DNA of 64,000 nucleotides from Marsupella aquatica (taxonomy: Eukaryota; Plantae; Marchantiophyta): NCBI GenBank assembly GCA_973895155.1, contig OZ316892.1, forward strand, positions 2,607,223 through 2,671,222. Reading direction: 5' to 3'. Positions 53,009 to 64,000 of this stretch are shown piece by piece; position 1 is the stretch's first letter, and every line of letters starts with the position of its first letter. Below the pieces are notes generated by a model. It was not told where the DNA came from, did not search any database, and was given only the letters and a program-made list of their open reading frames with translations. Made by a program: the position numbers and the translations under genes.

Positions 53009-53340
53009 AAGGTGTCATTTAGTGTGTCATTGAAGGTGTCGTACATGGTGTCATTAAAAATGTCATACAAGGTGTCATACAAGGTGTCATTGAGGGTGTC
53101 ATATAGGGTGTCATTGAGAGTGTCATTGAAGGTGTCATTGAGGGTGTCATACAGGTTGTCATTGAGGGTGTCATACATGGTGTCATTGAGGGTGTCATAC
53201 ATGGTGTCATTGAGGATGTCATACATGGTGTCATTTAGGGTGTCATACATGGTGTCATTGAGGGTGTCATATAGGGTGTCATACAAGGTGTCATTGAGGG
53301 TGTCATACATGGTGTCATTGAGGGTGTCATATAGGGTGTT
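53009..53340. repeat. 12-bp subterminal minisatellite (~27 copies) of the CACTA element, putative TnpA-binding sites
   Basis: (A/T)(G/A)GGTGTCAT(TG/AC) repeats with a 12-bp period (ATGACACCCTCA / ATGACACCATGT on -). Confidence 0.9.
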
Positions 53341-53697
53341 TTTAAGTAATGTCATTTGGGATGTATCTAAGAAGAGCTCATAGTTATATTCAAAATCACA
53401 TACAATGAATCCACTTAAACCCTAAACAAAGACATCACTTTGCGCATCATCATTGTATTCATAAATTCACACTCCAACATTCACAAGCTCTAATATAGAA
53501 TAATTGAAAAAATAGAAATCATCATTGTATTCAGAAATTCACATTCCGACATTCACAAGCTCTAGTATAGAACAATTGAAAAAACAGAAGTCTTTATGAT
53601 GAAGTGATAGAAAGTACACATTTTTCACTCGCATGAGTGAAACAATGGTAACCAAAATATTCAAAAATTCTCTGTTCTACATGATCAGAGAAAATGT

Positions 53698-56487
53698 TCA
53701 ACACTTTCGAAGAAACCTAGCATTCCACAATGTATTCATTCCTAACACATTCCGTAAGCAGAGTTGTTTCTCTTCTTTGTTGGGCATTGGCAATGCTGCA
53801 TCACCACAATACACTGCCTTAACTGATACTCGCACCCAAGGACTCTCAATCATGACACAATGAAATTTATCCTCTCCTAGTAACCCTGTCACTTCACCTC
53901 TAGCAACAACTGTAGAGCGATCCACAACGCTTCGTACTTCTATAGCATCTCCTTTTGAAAACTGCCACACAAAATTGTTAGGACAAAATATTGTCTTGTA
54001 GTACTGATTTGGGCATATCATCAATTTAAGAACATAAACCAACTGAAAACAAATTCACCTTTGCTGCTGGATTTGGGGAGAGAACTGGTCCTCGTTCACT
54101 AGGTGAGATAGTGATAGGGGTTGTTTTCTTGAATCTCTTTGAAGGCCTAGGTGGTGTAGCCTCTTGTTCCTGAATTGTATTTGACACTATCTGTTCATCT
54201 ATGATAGCAATCTCATCACTCTCACCATTACCAATGCTGCTTTGTACAATGCAAGGTTCTTGCAGTGCTCCCAAATTTGCTTCTCCCATACTTGGCTTTG
54301 GCTTCTGCCTTGTTAAAGTATCTGATTTCTCTCGCTGTGATACAGGATTCTCCCCTGAAGAAGCTACCACAAAACCAAACAATGAATGCTTAGAAAACTT
54401 CATTCCAAATTGAAAAATAAATTATTGCATATGTAACATGTTTAGAGTATAAGTTTGTATGTTCTTACCATCACCATCACCTGAGAAAGTAAGAGAACGT
54501 TTCCTGCTACTACCTTTAGGCTCAACCACCACCTTAGTAGCAATTGCATTTGATAATTGCATATGGAACTGATTCTGTTGATTTTGTGCAATGAAAGAAG
54601 TCATCATAGATGTCAAATTGTCCACTTTGAACTCAAGCTTGGTTAAATTCTCCACAGACTGTTCAAGCTTGAGTAATCGAGTTGGTTCCTCAATTATAGT
54701 TTCCCTGGAAAGTGGAGTCTACATACACAAACACACCATACAATGTCAATCATCAATAATAATTTGAACATCATGGATGACTTATAATCAAAATTGAATT
54801 TATATACAGGTTTTCATTACATACCGCTGATCCATGTGCAGATCCAATTCCAACAAAACTACTGCCTCGATGTTCACCACTGCCCATAGATGGACTGATC
54901 TGCACTGGGGGGACTGGACTACTAGACACAAGTTTTGATATAACAGGGCTTGTCAATCCTTTTGCTTTCTGGAAACACATAATCACATTCAAAGCAATTA
55001 GAATATTAATGAGAACTCATCATGTCATTGTTTACTCCTATACTAGATAAACACTTCAATTCAAATGACAATCTAGACCTGCAGTGAGATGGACCATATG
55101 AAGATTCTTACCAATCTTTTTTCTGCTCCAGCAGCCCCTCCTCTTCCAAAATGCTCTTTGTTCACCACTTCTGCCCTCCTTGCTTTCATCACAGCACTCC
55201 TTGCAAGCAAAGCAGGACTATCAAAATGATCCACCAGTCGTGCCCATTTCAATGGGTCAACATATTGAGGTCCTGGTTTGGAGCGATCACGTTTACATAC
55301 ATCCTTCCAATAAGTATTTAGTTTGTGACGTTCTCTTTTCAATAACGTCCGACAGTGACTAATAAATTTCTTGTTAGACACTGACTGCTTATCTGGATTC
55401 TCCCAATCTGCCTCCATCAATTTCTGCACATCCTCAATTATGTTTGGATCTTGTTTGTTCCAATCAGGTTCTGATACATCAAAAAGCCTCAAGACATTGG
55501 CACGTAGCTCCTCCATCCAATATGGTTTATTAGGATGAGAATCATCAATATCATTGTCATGAATCTGATAAAAACACCACAAATGATAGTCATCAACATT
55601 GAGAATGAAACAAACACCCAATTGCTTCTGAGTACACAAACTGTAGGCCACAAATGTGAAATGTGCAATGAAAATCTTACCGTTATCAATTTTCCCTTCT
55701 TATTGTCAGCCCTTCTTACACTACCGGTTCTTTGGAATTGTTTTTTGGCTTGCCTAGATTCCCTGCGTTGCTCTGTTGCAGTCTTTCTTCCCTCTACATA
55801 CACAATGAACATCCAATATTGATCATCCACAATTGTAAAATGAGGGACAAGAAATATTACAATATAATAGGAGGACGCTTCATTGAATTTGACTTACCTG
55901 AACCCTGACTGGATGTCACTACTGTAGAGTGTCCAGATTTCCCAATCGATGTTGATGGAACCACCACTATACACATGCAAACCACTGGAATTATGAATCC
56001 AACATTCATATAGATCAACATTGAAAAATACATTGAAAATCTTTGAAATTACTTACATTCAAATAGTTGGCCAGTCACAGGGTCTTTGTAACATTGCACC
56101 ATGCCACTCATGGAAGGTCCAACCTTTGTAGGGGTTTCTTTTGCATCTGCCAAGCTCTTGGATGGAGGTTGCAGATGGACCTGTCCAGATCAAGTTAAAA
56201 CCAATGTTATTAAACATAATCACTACCAATGTCTATAGTTTCCTCATATTGTTGGTGAATGTAATAGGAATCTCACCTTGGATGAACTTTGTGGTTTCTC
56301 ATCTTCACTGTACTCAGCATCAGTGTCATAATCTGATTCAGAGCCCTCATCACCAGACTCTGCCATACTCACTGAGACAATTCTTGATAGTCTGGAGCTC
56401 TGTCTCCTCTGTGTGGTAACCTCACTTCTAGGAGTTCGACGTGCACTTGTTTCCTTCTTGCGCCCTATGGTCTGTGTTGCACCCAAT
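53698..56487 (-). CDS. CACTA TnpA-like accessory protein, multi-exon (Ptta/En/Spm and TNP1/EN/SPM-type domains)
   Basis: Exon 55564-55112 reads WARLVDHF.SP..RSAVMKARRA..HFGRGG. The last exon 53961-53698 reads VVARGEV..H..WVRVSV..DAALPMP..LGMNTLW. Several short GT-AG exons lie between 54.0 and 56.5 kb. The start and full exon chain are not resolved. Confidence 0.75.
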
Positions 56488-56776
56488 CTACATCAGAGAA
56501 TATCAATGAATGAATGACAAGTACCAACAACCAACTCATATTGCTGATGAGCAATATTAACACATCTTTGCACATTCAAAACAACATGCAAGATTATACT
56601 CACATGAAATTGAAATTTTCTCCAAATATCTCCCTGAATTTTTTATTGTTGTTTGCTACCTTCTTATTTCGTTCCTCCTCATATGGAGGTATTCGCTGCA
56701 TTCACTGCTAGACCATGGCATGCCATGTTAGTATGATCCCACTATCAACTAAATGAAACCGGACTGTACAGTATCT

Positions 56777-59700
56777 TCAAACCATTCGTTTTCTTTTATA
56801 CTTTCTTTTTCCTTTGTCTGTAGTACTTGGTCCAGGCTCCTGTCTAGTTATACAGGCTTCTGCCAACTCTATGTGAAACTTAGCATTGTCATCCATAGTA
56901 TCATGGAAATCAACTTCCATGTAATCACCCAGCACCCTTGTAGACCTGGATTCCTTGTGGAGGATTGTCCTCCATGCAATCCCCTTATCATTTGGGTAAA
57001 AAAACACCTGTTCTATCTGTCGTGGCAAGACATAGTCCATTTTCTTGGAAGCACCCAGCTCCTTCTGAAAATTTACTTGCCACAATCCAGACGTATCATA
57101 TCTCATACTTGCTGTGGCTTTGGGAGTCCAAGATGGGTTTGCCCACCTTCCTTTGAAAAGGACCACTTCCTTTATCAGAGGCCCATAGTTCAACACTAAG
57201 ATGTCTGTCAATACCCCCACATATTGTACAGATTCATCTACTGTTGCCCCTGACCTAATGACCCGCTTCTCAGTGAATGTACAAGCCATCCCAGAATCAA
57301 AAGTCTTGAACCCAGATGAGTCACAATCAATCAAGGAACCTAGTGATGGAATGGTCCTCCAATGGTGCCCATAGGCTCTGCAGGCCCTGTACCGCAGTGC
57401 CTTCAGACTAGGTGGGACACTATACGCTGCCAACACCATTCGTTCAAACTCATTCTCAAAATTATGCCTTCTAATTGTCACTTCAAACCATTCTCTAAAA
57501 TGAGGCAACTCATCCAAATCAGAGGGATAAGGCACAGGATTCCTCCGATTTCCTGGATTCCTCATCCATTCTTTTCGGAAATCTGCTCTGTGCTTGGTAA
57601 CTGCCTCCTTTTGATCATCATAAACCCTGCATGGCAAGAATGACAGTCAGCTCCTAGGCCCACACAATTTCTGCTCAAAACTCAATTCTGTTTAATAATA
57701 AACAACAGAGAACTTAACAATATAAACCATGCTCATACCTATACCATGGTTCCACCAGCTCTTCATTCTCTAGTATGTAATGATGCATAGCTATCATATC
57801 ATTCCACTCCAAGGTGATTTGTTTTCCAACTCCTTCCAAGACAATGCCTGCAACACCAGGATTCTCCTCCAAGTCCCATGTTCTCATTCCTGTCCCCTTA
57901 ACATCGATCATGTATTCAGAAAGGAATCCTAAAGATTCATCTAGAAGGTAGCCTTTAGCCATAGAAGCCTCTGGACGTGCCTTGTTTCGAACATAACCCT
58001 TCAAGGTCTTTAGATATCTTTCTATTGGGTACATCCATCTAATGTTTACTGGACCACAGATGTCTAGTTCCTGAACCAGATGAATCAACAGATGGGTCAT
58101 GACATCAAAGAAGCTTGGTGGGAAATGAATTTCCATAAGGCAGAGTGTGAATGCAACATCCATCATCACAGAGTCGTACTGTGAGGGATCCCAAACCTTG
58201 GCACAGATGGTACGCCACACATTGCTCACTCTGGCTATGGCCAACCAAACACCTTCATCAAGTAATCCCATTGTTGCCAATGGAAGGATTTGTTGCATGA
58301 GGTGATGGAAATCGTGAGATTTCAGCCCTGATAACTTCTTCTTAACTGTGACACATTTAGCCAGAGAACTGCTGAAACCAGTGGGCCCTTTAAAGGTCAA
58401 CAATACCTCTAAGAACTTAGTCTTCTTTGTCTTACTGAGGCAGTATGGGGCTGGCGGCATGATCTTTGAATCTTTTTTAGGATCTGGATTTGGAACCAGC
58501 CACAGGTGTTCCGGCACGTGTTCCAGCGCATTCCCTGGTTTCTTCTCCACATATTTAGCGGCCTTTTCTCCCCAACGTTTCCTATTAGAGCTGGACACTC
58601 TACACGGTGCATCTCGTGCCTCTACCTCACCATTAAAGTATTTTGCCACTTCCTCTTTACGAAAATAGTGCCTCTGTGGTAACCAGCGACGATGGCCAGC
58701 AAACAGTAACTTGCCCAACTGTTTTGAACCATGTGCCACACAATTTGGCCCACAAACCACACATCCTTTGTACCCTGCATGTTGTTGGCCAGAGACTAAT
58801 CCATATGTAGGATAATCATTGATTGTCCACAATACTGAAGCCCTTAGCTTGAACTCTTGCTGCAATCCTAGCCTTGGTAGAACATCAAAACAATCTACTC
58901 CTTCTGACCATAATGTCTCAAGATCATCCACAAGTGGAGCCATGTATACATCAAATTGTTCCTCGCTTACAGACACAGGACCTGGAATTAGAAGAGCCAG
59001 CATGACAAAGAACTTCTTTGTGGAAAGCCAAGGAGGGATATTATAATTCAACAGCAGGATTGGCCTGTAGACCAGGCAATAGAATTATTCCCAAATGGAT
59101 TTACCCCATCAAGTGCCAATCCCATTCGCACATTCCTTGGCTCAGCAGCAAAAGCAGGGTCGATCTCTGTGTCCACATGTTTCCATGCCTTTGAATCTGC
59201 TGGATGTCGGACCATGTTGTCCTTGCTCTTGTTCTCATGATGCCAAGTCATTAGCTTAGATGTACCCTTAGTGGCATACAATCTCTTCAATCGAGGGATT
59301 ATAGGGAAATATCTCAAGACCTTCACAGGTTGTAAAGAATTCCCCACTAACTTCATCTTTGGCTGATTACACTTGGAACAATTGTCCAACTCTGCAGTCT
59401 CATTTCTAAATAACATACATCCATTCTCACAGACTGGGATTCTCTCATAGTCTAAACCCAATTTTCTCAGTAATTGTTTTGCAGCATATAGGTTTTTAGG
59501 GAGAGTGTGCTCTGTTGGCATTCCATGCTCAGTCAACAAAGACAGCATGGCATTCACTCCCGTGTTCGAGAACCTATTGTTGTGACAGATGTTTAAAAAC
59601 AACAACATGAAGGAAACTACATCTGTCTTACTGCCTGGAAATAAGGGTTTCATGGCTTCTTCTAAAGACCCTTGTAGAGGGACAGGATTTATAGGATGCC

Positions 59701-60265
59701 CTGCTGTAGGTGTGTCCTCAGCCCTGGTCTCAGCAAAGGGTGGATCTGCCTCATTCTCATCATTTTGAAACATTGAATCTATATCAAAAGGAGGATCATT
59801 ATCCACATATTCGTCAGACTCTTCAGAAGCTCTTGCCAATGTCTCCTGAAGTAAAACTCTGACCTGCTCTTCAACATCTATTGATGGCTGGCCTGAGTGG
59901 AATGCCTCTCGAGACATTCCTGCCCTCAGTGCCTCTATACTAGAGTTACGGATGTAATTGGATCTCCACTCCTCATCAGAAGAGTCTTCACCCTCTCCTA
60001 CCCACACTCGACAGGCAGGGTAGCGGCCATATTTAAGAAGATGTTGTCGACTGGTCTTTCGAGTAGTCTTAACAATCCCTTTGCATTCCATGCAAGAGCA
60101 ATACATTCTATGATCAGCACTACCAGAGCAAGCTGTCTGTTCCCGAGCCCATAAGTTATCATCACGACGTTGTATTCGACATGGATGGGAAAGAGGTAAA
60201 CTTCTCAGGTTGTCTGCCTCTATTGTATGTGCAGTGTTATGTGACCCAGCCTGGCTAGAAGCCAT
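56777..60265 (-). pseudogene. CACTA TnpD/Tnp2 transposase with a 1-bp frameshift
   Basis: Motifs in order: C-x-C-xx-C N-terminal motif, LGLDYERIPVCENGCMLF..CSKC, YFPIIPRLKRLY, RHPADSKAWK, RNVRMGLALDGVNPF, YNIPPW, WTINDYP, LKSHDFH, FPPSFFDVMTHLLIHL, WMYPIERYLKTLK..RNKARPEAS. There is an intron at 57738-57627 and a DUF4216-like exon at 57626-56777. The frameshift is at ~59065. Confidence 0.92.
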
Positions 60266-61279
60266 GATTGTAGCACTACCTAATCAAAAACACAGTTGCA
60301 CATCTTTCTTCTGTGACATCTTGCAGAGCTCTAGACAACTCCAAAACCCTTCCATACCATCTTCTAGAGCGTCATGTGAAGCAAACATGTGCACAAGTGA
60401 AGAATAGACATACATTTGAGGTACAGTACTCCAACTGAGGTAAAGGTAGCTCCCACTTTAGCCTTCATTGCCAATAGAATAGTACATGCATGCCAACAAC
60501 AGGTAAACAGATGACATATTAGCACTTGATCAGAAATTATTTACTTGGGTACGTTACCTAATCTCATTTCATATTGTAAGTGGCAATGGGTATTTGAAGG
60601 AGACTTGAATTGTACAAATCAAAATGTCATCAGTTTACAAGACCAAAGAAAGGCCTACCTGAACCAGATTTAGGCCAAGGGTGTTCACAGTAGTCAGCAA
60701 TCTCAGACCCTTCAAAACAGTGAGTACAATAAGAAACATTAATCATAATTTCCATCAATCCCCTCCTTCATTCTTTGACTTTTGAATACATTTGTTGAAA
60801 GTCCTCTTCAAATATATAGGCAATTTTTATTTGGGCAGGTACTAGAATAGATTCCACATCACAACATTTCATCATCCCCACACAAACCAGGATACATATG
60901 GACAAGGGCCTGAAAGGGTTTCATGTAATCTACATAATTAAACATATAGTGTTTCTATGCAGTAGTAAGAATGAAATACAGTCACTCAGTCTTCAAAATT
61001 ATCAAAAAGGAGAAAGTTCTAAGACCCGGGTTGAAGGAGTTGTTAAGGGTGTTGACACGGGTTTAGAAAGGCAGTACTACAAAACTTGAGAGACATTACG
61101 TGAAGTTTGCCTTGTTATGCCCAAATCCCTCAGTCAAAGGGACAACAAGAATTTTAAGACCTTGGGTGGATTTTAGGTCTTGCCTCTTAAGGTCAGTGTG
61201 ATGTTTTTTAGTTCTTTTGTTATGTATCTCCATTCAGGCTCTTCATATGTTTGCCATTGACAAAACAGTCATCATACAA

Positions 61280-61726
61280 TCAGAATTGATACTGGTCTTT
61301 CTCCACTAAGTGCTGCTCTACTCTAGGGCAAACAGTCTCAACCCTTGGTCCCAAGATTGGCTCATCATGGTGGAACATTATACAGGCACACCTCCTTTGC
61401 AGTCTAATGTGTCCATCCCGCCTATATATATCCCCAGGGCGCACTCGACATTTTGGGCAAAAATCCTCACAACTATGGATACAGGCAGAGTAGCAGATTT
61501 GCTGTGGTTGTACCACTCCATTATCGACTGCCACAATACAAAAACCTATGGGCAAGGGTGGAGCATCCAGAGTAATGGGCCGGCTATACGTGTCTTTGTG
61601 TACAGGCAAAAACTCCCATTGCACAGCAGAACTGGCAGGGACCAACCTCATTCCACTCAGCTTCAGGTGTAGCCTCTCAGCTCTGCCTTCAAGGTCAGCT
61701 CCCAATCTGCTGCGCGTCCTTGGCAT
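61280..61726 (-). CDS. Cys-rich orphan ORF (148 aa) between the PHD ORF and the transposase
   Basis: The ATG at 61726 lies 2 nt after a candidate splice acceptor (TTGTTACAG). The protein contains CYSACIHSCEDFCPKC..CAC..HH..C. No family recognised. Confidence 0.5.
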   Translation of the reverse strand: MPRTRSRLGADLEGRAERLHLKLSGMRLVPASSAVQWEFLPVHKDTYSRPITLDAPPLPIGFCIVAVDNGVVQPQQICYSACIHSCEDFCPKCRVRPGDIYRRDGHIRLQRRCACIMFHHDEPILGPRVETVCPRVEQHLVEKDQYQF

Positions 61727-61952
61727 TACTGTAACAAATACAAGAAGCAATAATTTATCCAACCCAAACACTCAATGAAATTCATGCAACAATTTAAGAT
61801 TCAACTATTTCATACAATCAGATAGTTTAGTCCATTTGAGTTTAGTCCATTAGACAGTGTAGTCCACTTCATACTATAATCAAACAATTTAGTCCACTTC
61901 ATGAATACTTAATACTATGTCGTGTTTCTCTACACAACTGAAGGCTTATGAT

Positions 61953-62651
61953 CTATTTGAAATCATGAGGTGGCACATCAGAACCCTCTGGAATGACATG
62001 GCGATTGTAGTACACCATACGCCATGGACCAATATCCCAAGTTTCTCTACCCTTAACCCCTCTCTTCAGGTGTTTGTCTGCCTCTGGTCCTTCATCTCTG
62101 CACCACGCACGAGGGCACCTACGACACTAGATAAATTCCCAGATGCCATCCCGATACTCCTTGCACACATCACAATAATGCCTTGGGCATATCAGAGCAG
62201 CGGGATGTGCATCTGAGTTCTCTGCATAAGTTATCAGAGGCAACTCGTTCGCCCTCAATATAGTCCGTAGACAACCCACATGGTAAAAGGAATAGCAATC
62301 GTCCTGTGCACACTGAATCACAAGGGGCTCATCTGTAGTGGGTTTCACGGTTCGGCCAAGTGACCCACAAGCAAAGCAACAAGCTCGGTTCTGCTGACAG
62401 AGGTCACAGAGCCACTCCTTGTCCCAATCATGCCCTCTAGAAATGGCAATGCGTGTGCACTCAGGCCCATGGCCATCAGGCTCCTCAACATCCTGCCCAT
62501 CAACTAAGTAATGAAAATGTCGACTGCAAGGCCCATCGCAGAACAAAATAGTACCTCCCTCATCACATTCAAAACAACAGGGGGGATCCATGCGAAGGTG
62601 CTCCTTATGGGCAAACTTGGGATCCAACCAGGCAGCAGCAGCCCGTGCCAT
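61953..62651 (-). pseudogene. EDM2-like composite PHD-finger protein with one in-frame TAG (62127-62129)
   Basis: From ATG 62651: CFECDEGGTILFCDGPCSRHFH..C..WLCDLC..CCFACGSLG..VIQC..DCYSFYHVGC..ICPRHYCDVC..FI*CRRCPRAW..RETWDIGPWRMVYYNRHVI..VPPHDFK*. The Cys/His spacing and the post-PHD segment follow the plant EDM2 PHD region as recalled from memory. Confidence 0.8.
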
Positions 62652-64000
62652 GTTGAAGAAAATAAAATCTGCACAATTGCCTTCAACATCACTCCAAAGT
62701 CCATTCAAAAACCAAGAGACAAACACAAAGAAGGTAAGTGAAGTGTACTTACTCACAGAGCAGTTGAGCCAGCCCCAGTCGCACCTCCAACCAGCACAGA
62801 CCTGTGGTTACCACACTCATCAGTCTCCCCAATATTTATTCCCCAATTGCCCCAATATTTATTCTCGGTCTAGCCAAACCAGCCTGCAGGCCTACACCAG
62901 CTATTAAGTTTTCTCTAACGTCCCAGCTGACAAAACAGCTCAGCCTCTGTTGCACTTAAACTAGAACAGAACATACATCTGAAAACATTCTGATCATCAC
63001 CTCCAAACCTTCCGCTTTAACAAACAAATCACAGCCGTCCGTACGTAGCTCTCAATCAATAAACATACAAACCCTGAGAGACACACCCTATCAAATTACT
63101 TTAGGAGAAGTAAATATACTCTACAACTGAATTCTAGGTTTGACATGATTGTATGAATTTTAATGGGTATCCTGTTCAGGAGATCATTAGTTGAAGTGTT
63201 CTAAGCAGCTCCAATTCTCAAATACGCACCTAAGGCCTTAGCAGAATTAATAATTATAGGCTTGTTGCAAAAACTATAAGGCCAGATAGGAATACCTTAA
63301 GGGTGAAAGGTTTGCGGACAATCTGTAGAGAGCAGATTGCCTACAATCAAATCGAGACGCCCATAAACCCTGCACAACCACCACACAACAATTGCACATT
63401 GCTGACAGGAAATCACATGAAAGAATGCAGTATAACCAGAAGGGAAGAAGTATAATGCTTCTAAAATTAACGGACTTTGAAGAGCATAGCAGACCTCAGA
63501 CATGATTTGCCGTTTGGTTCAGACAAAAATTAATGAGACAAGAGAGACAACAAGGTACCCGAACCTTGTAGCGGGAAGGGGAAAAAGGGACGCAATGGAG
63601 GAAAGAGGAGAAGATGGGCTTTCAGAAGAGAAAACACGACCGAGCAGGGTGAGACAAGCAAGACTTCATCAAAGGACAGAACGCTGGAGTATGAAATCCA
63701 TGATTACTCTGTTTTTAGATATATTATATTTTCAGAAGAATAAGGAAGCAAGGCCCAGTGGATCCACACTGTCTTAAAGGTACTAGCGGGCAATATACAA
63801 ACATCCAATCCCAAGCCAATAGATATAACATTTCTTGGCCAGCACAGACAGGAAGCTCGAGAGGAGCACAAAGCAAGCCGCACAGGGTGAGAGAGAGGCA
63901 TGAACACAAAAACCTATACAGACCAGAACGAAAGCTCCCTTCAAGCTGGGACTCTACTCTTGGTTGATCGATGTTGCTGATACTAGCTAGTGCACTTTAC

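Larger units (their letters stand above)
52660..64000 (-). mobile_element. CACTA/En-Spm transposon (3' TIR in window, 5' end beyond the right edge), defective copy of an autonomous-type element
   Basis: TIR CACTAGTGAAAAATAGTGTCCTTAATGAC at 52660 with ATGAC subterminal repeats, and TnpD- and TnpA-like genes on -. No matching second TIR or subterminal array is seen before 64000. Confidence 0.9.

Noticed and set aside
52981-53383. DTLN/DTMY repeat ORFs
   Set aside because: They are translations of the 12-bp subterminal minisatellite, not a protein.
12300-62651. Functional link between the EDM2-like ORF and the NLR relic (EDM2 regulates RPP7 in Arabidopsis)
   Set aside because: They are ~45 kb apart with unrelated genes between, so co-occurrence is most simply chance.
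1-64000. tRNA, rRNA or conserved miRNA genes
   Set aside because: None were recognised by eye. A covariance-model scan would be needed to exclude them.

Overview
Eukaryotic land-plant nuclear DNA with GT-AG introns. A liverwort-type bryophyte is the most likely source, inferred from an alpha/beta-hydrolase-type NLR relic. Two host genes can be spliced completely by hand: a 10-exon choline transporter-like (CTL1/SLC44) gene on + (25414-30827, 800 aa) and an 8-exon 20S proteasome beta-2 subunit gene on - (39393-37087, 275 aa). Other coding regions are a 532-aa single-exon orphan ORF (10501-12099), a small putative plastid membrane protein (34136-34666) and a decayed hydrolase/LRR (HNL-like) pseudogene (~12.3-18.3 kb, -). 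The right third is CACTA/En-Spm transposon territory. One CACTA end at 47058 is followed by a ~576-bp satellite, and a second CACTA (TIR at 52660, running past the window edge) encodes a frameshifted TnpD transposase and a multi-exon TnpA. The most notable observation is that, upstream of the transposase, on the same strand and apparently inside the element, lie an EDM2-like composite PHD-finger (histone-reader) ORF and a Cys-rich orphan ORF. These form a candidate transposon-encoded chromatin-reading/anti-silencing module. Several MITEs with TSDs, two Helitron relics, a LINE stub and promoter-proximal tandem arrays are also present. Family assignments rest on motif recognition from memory, not database searches.
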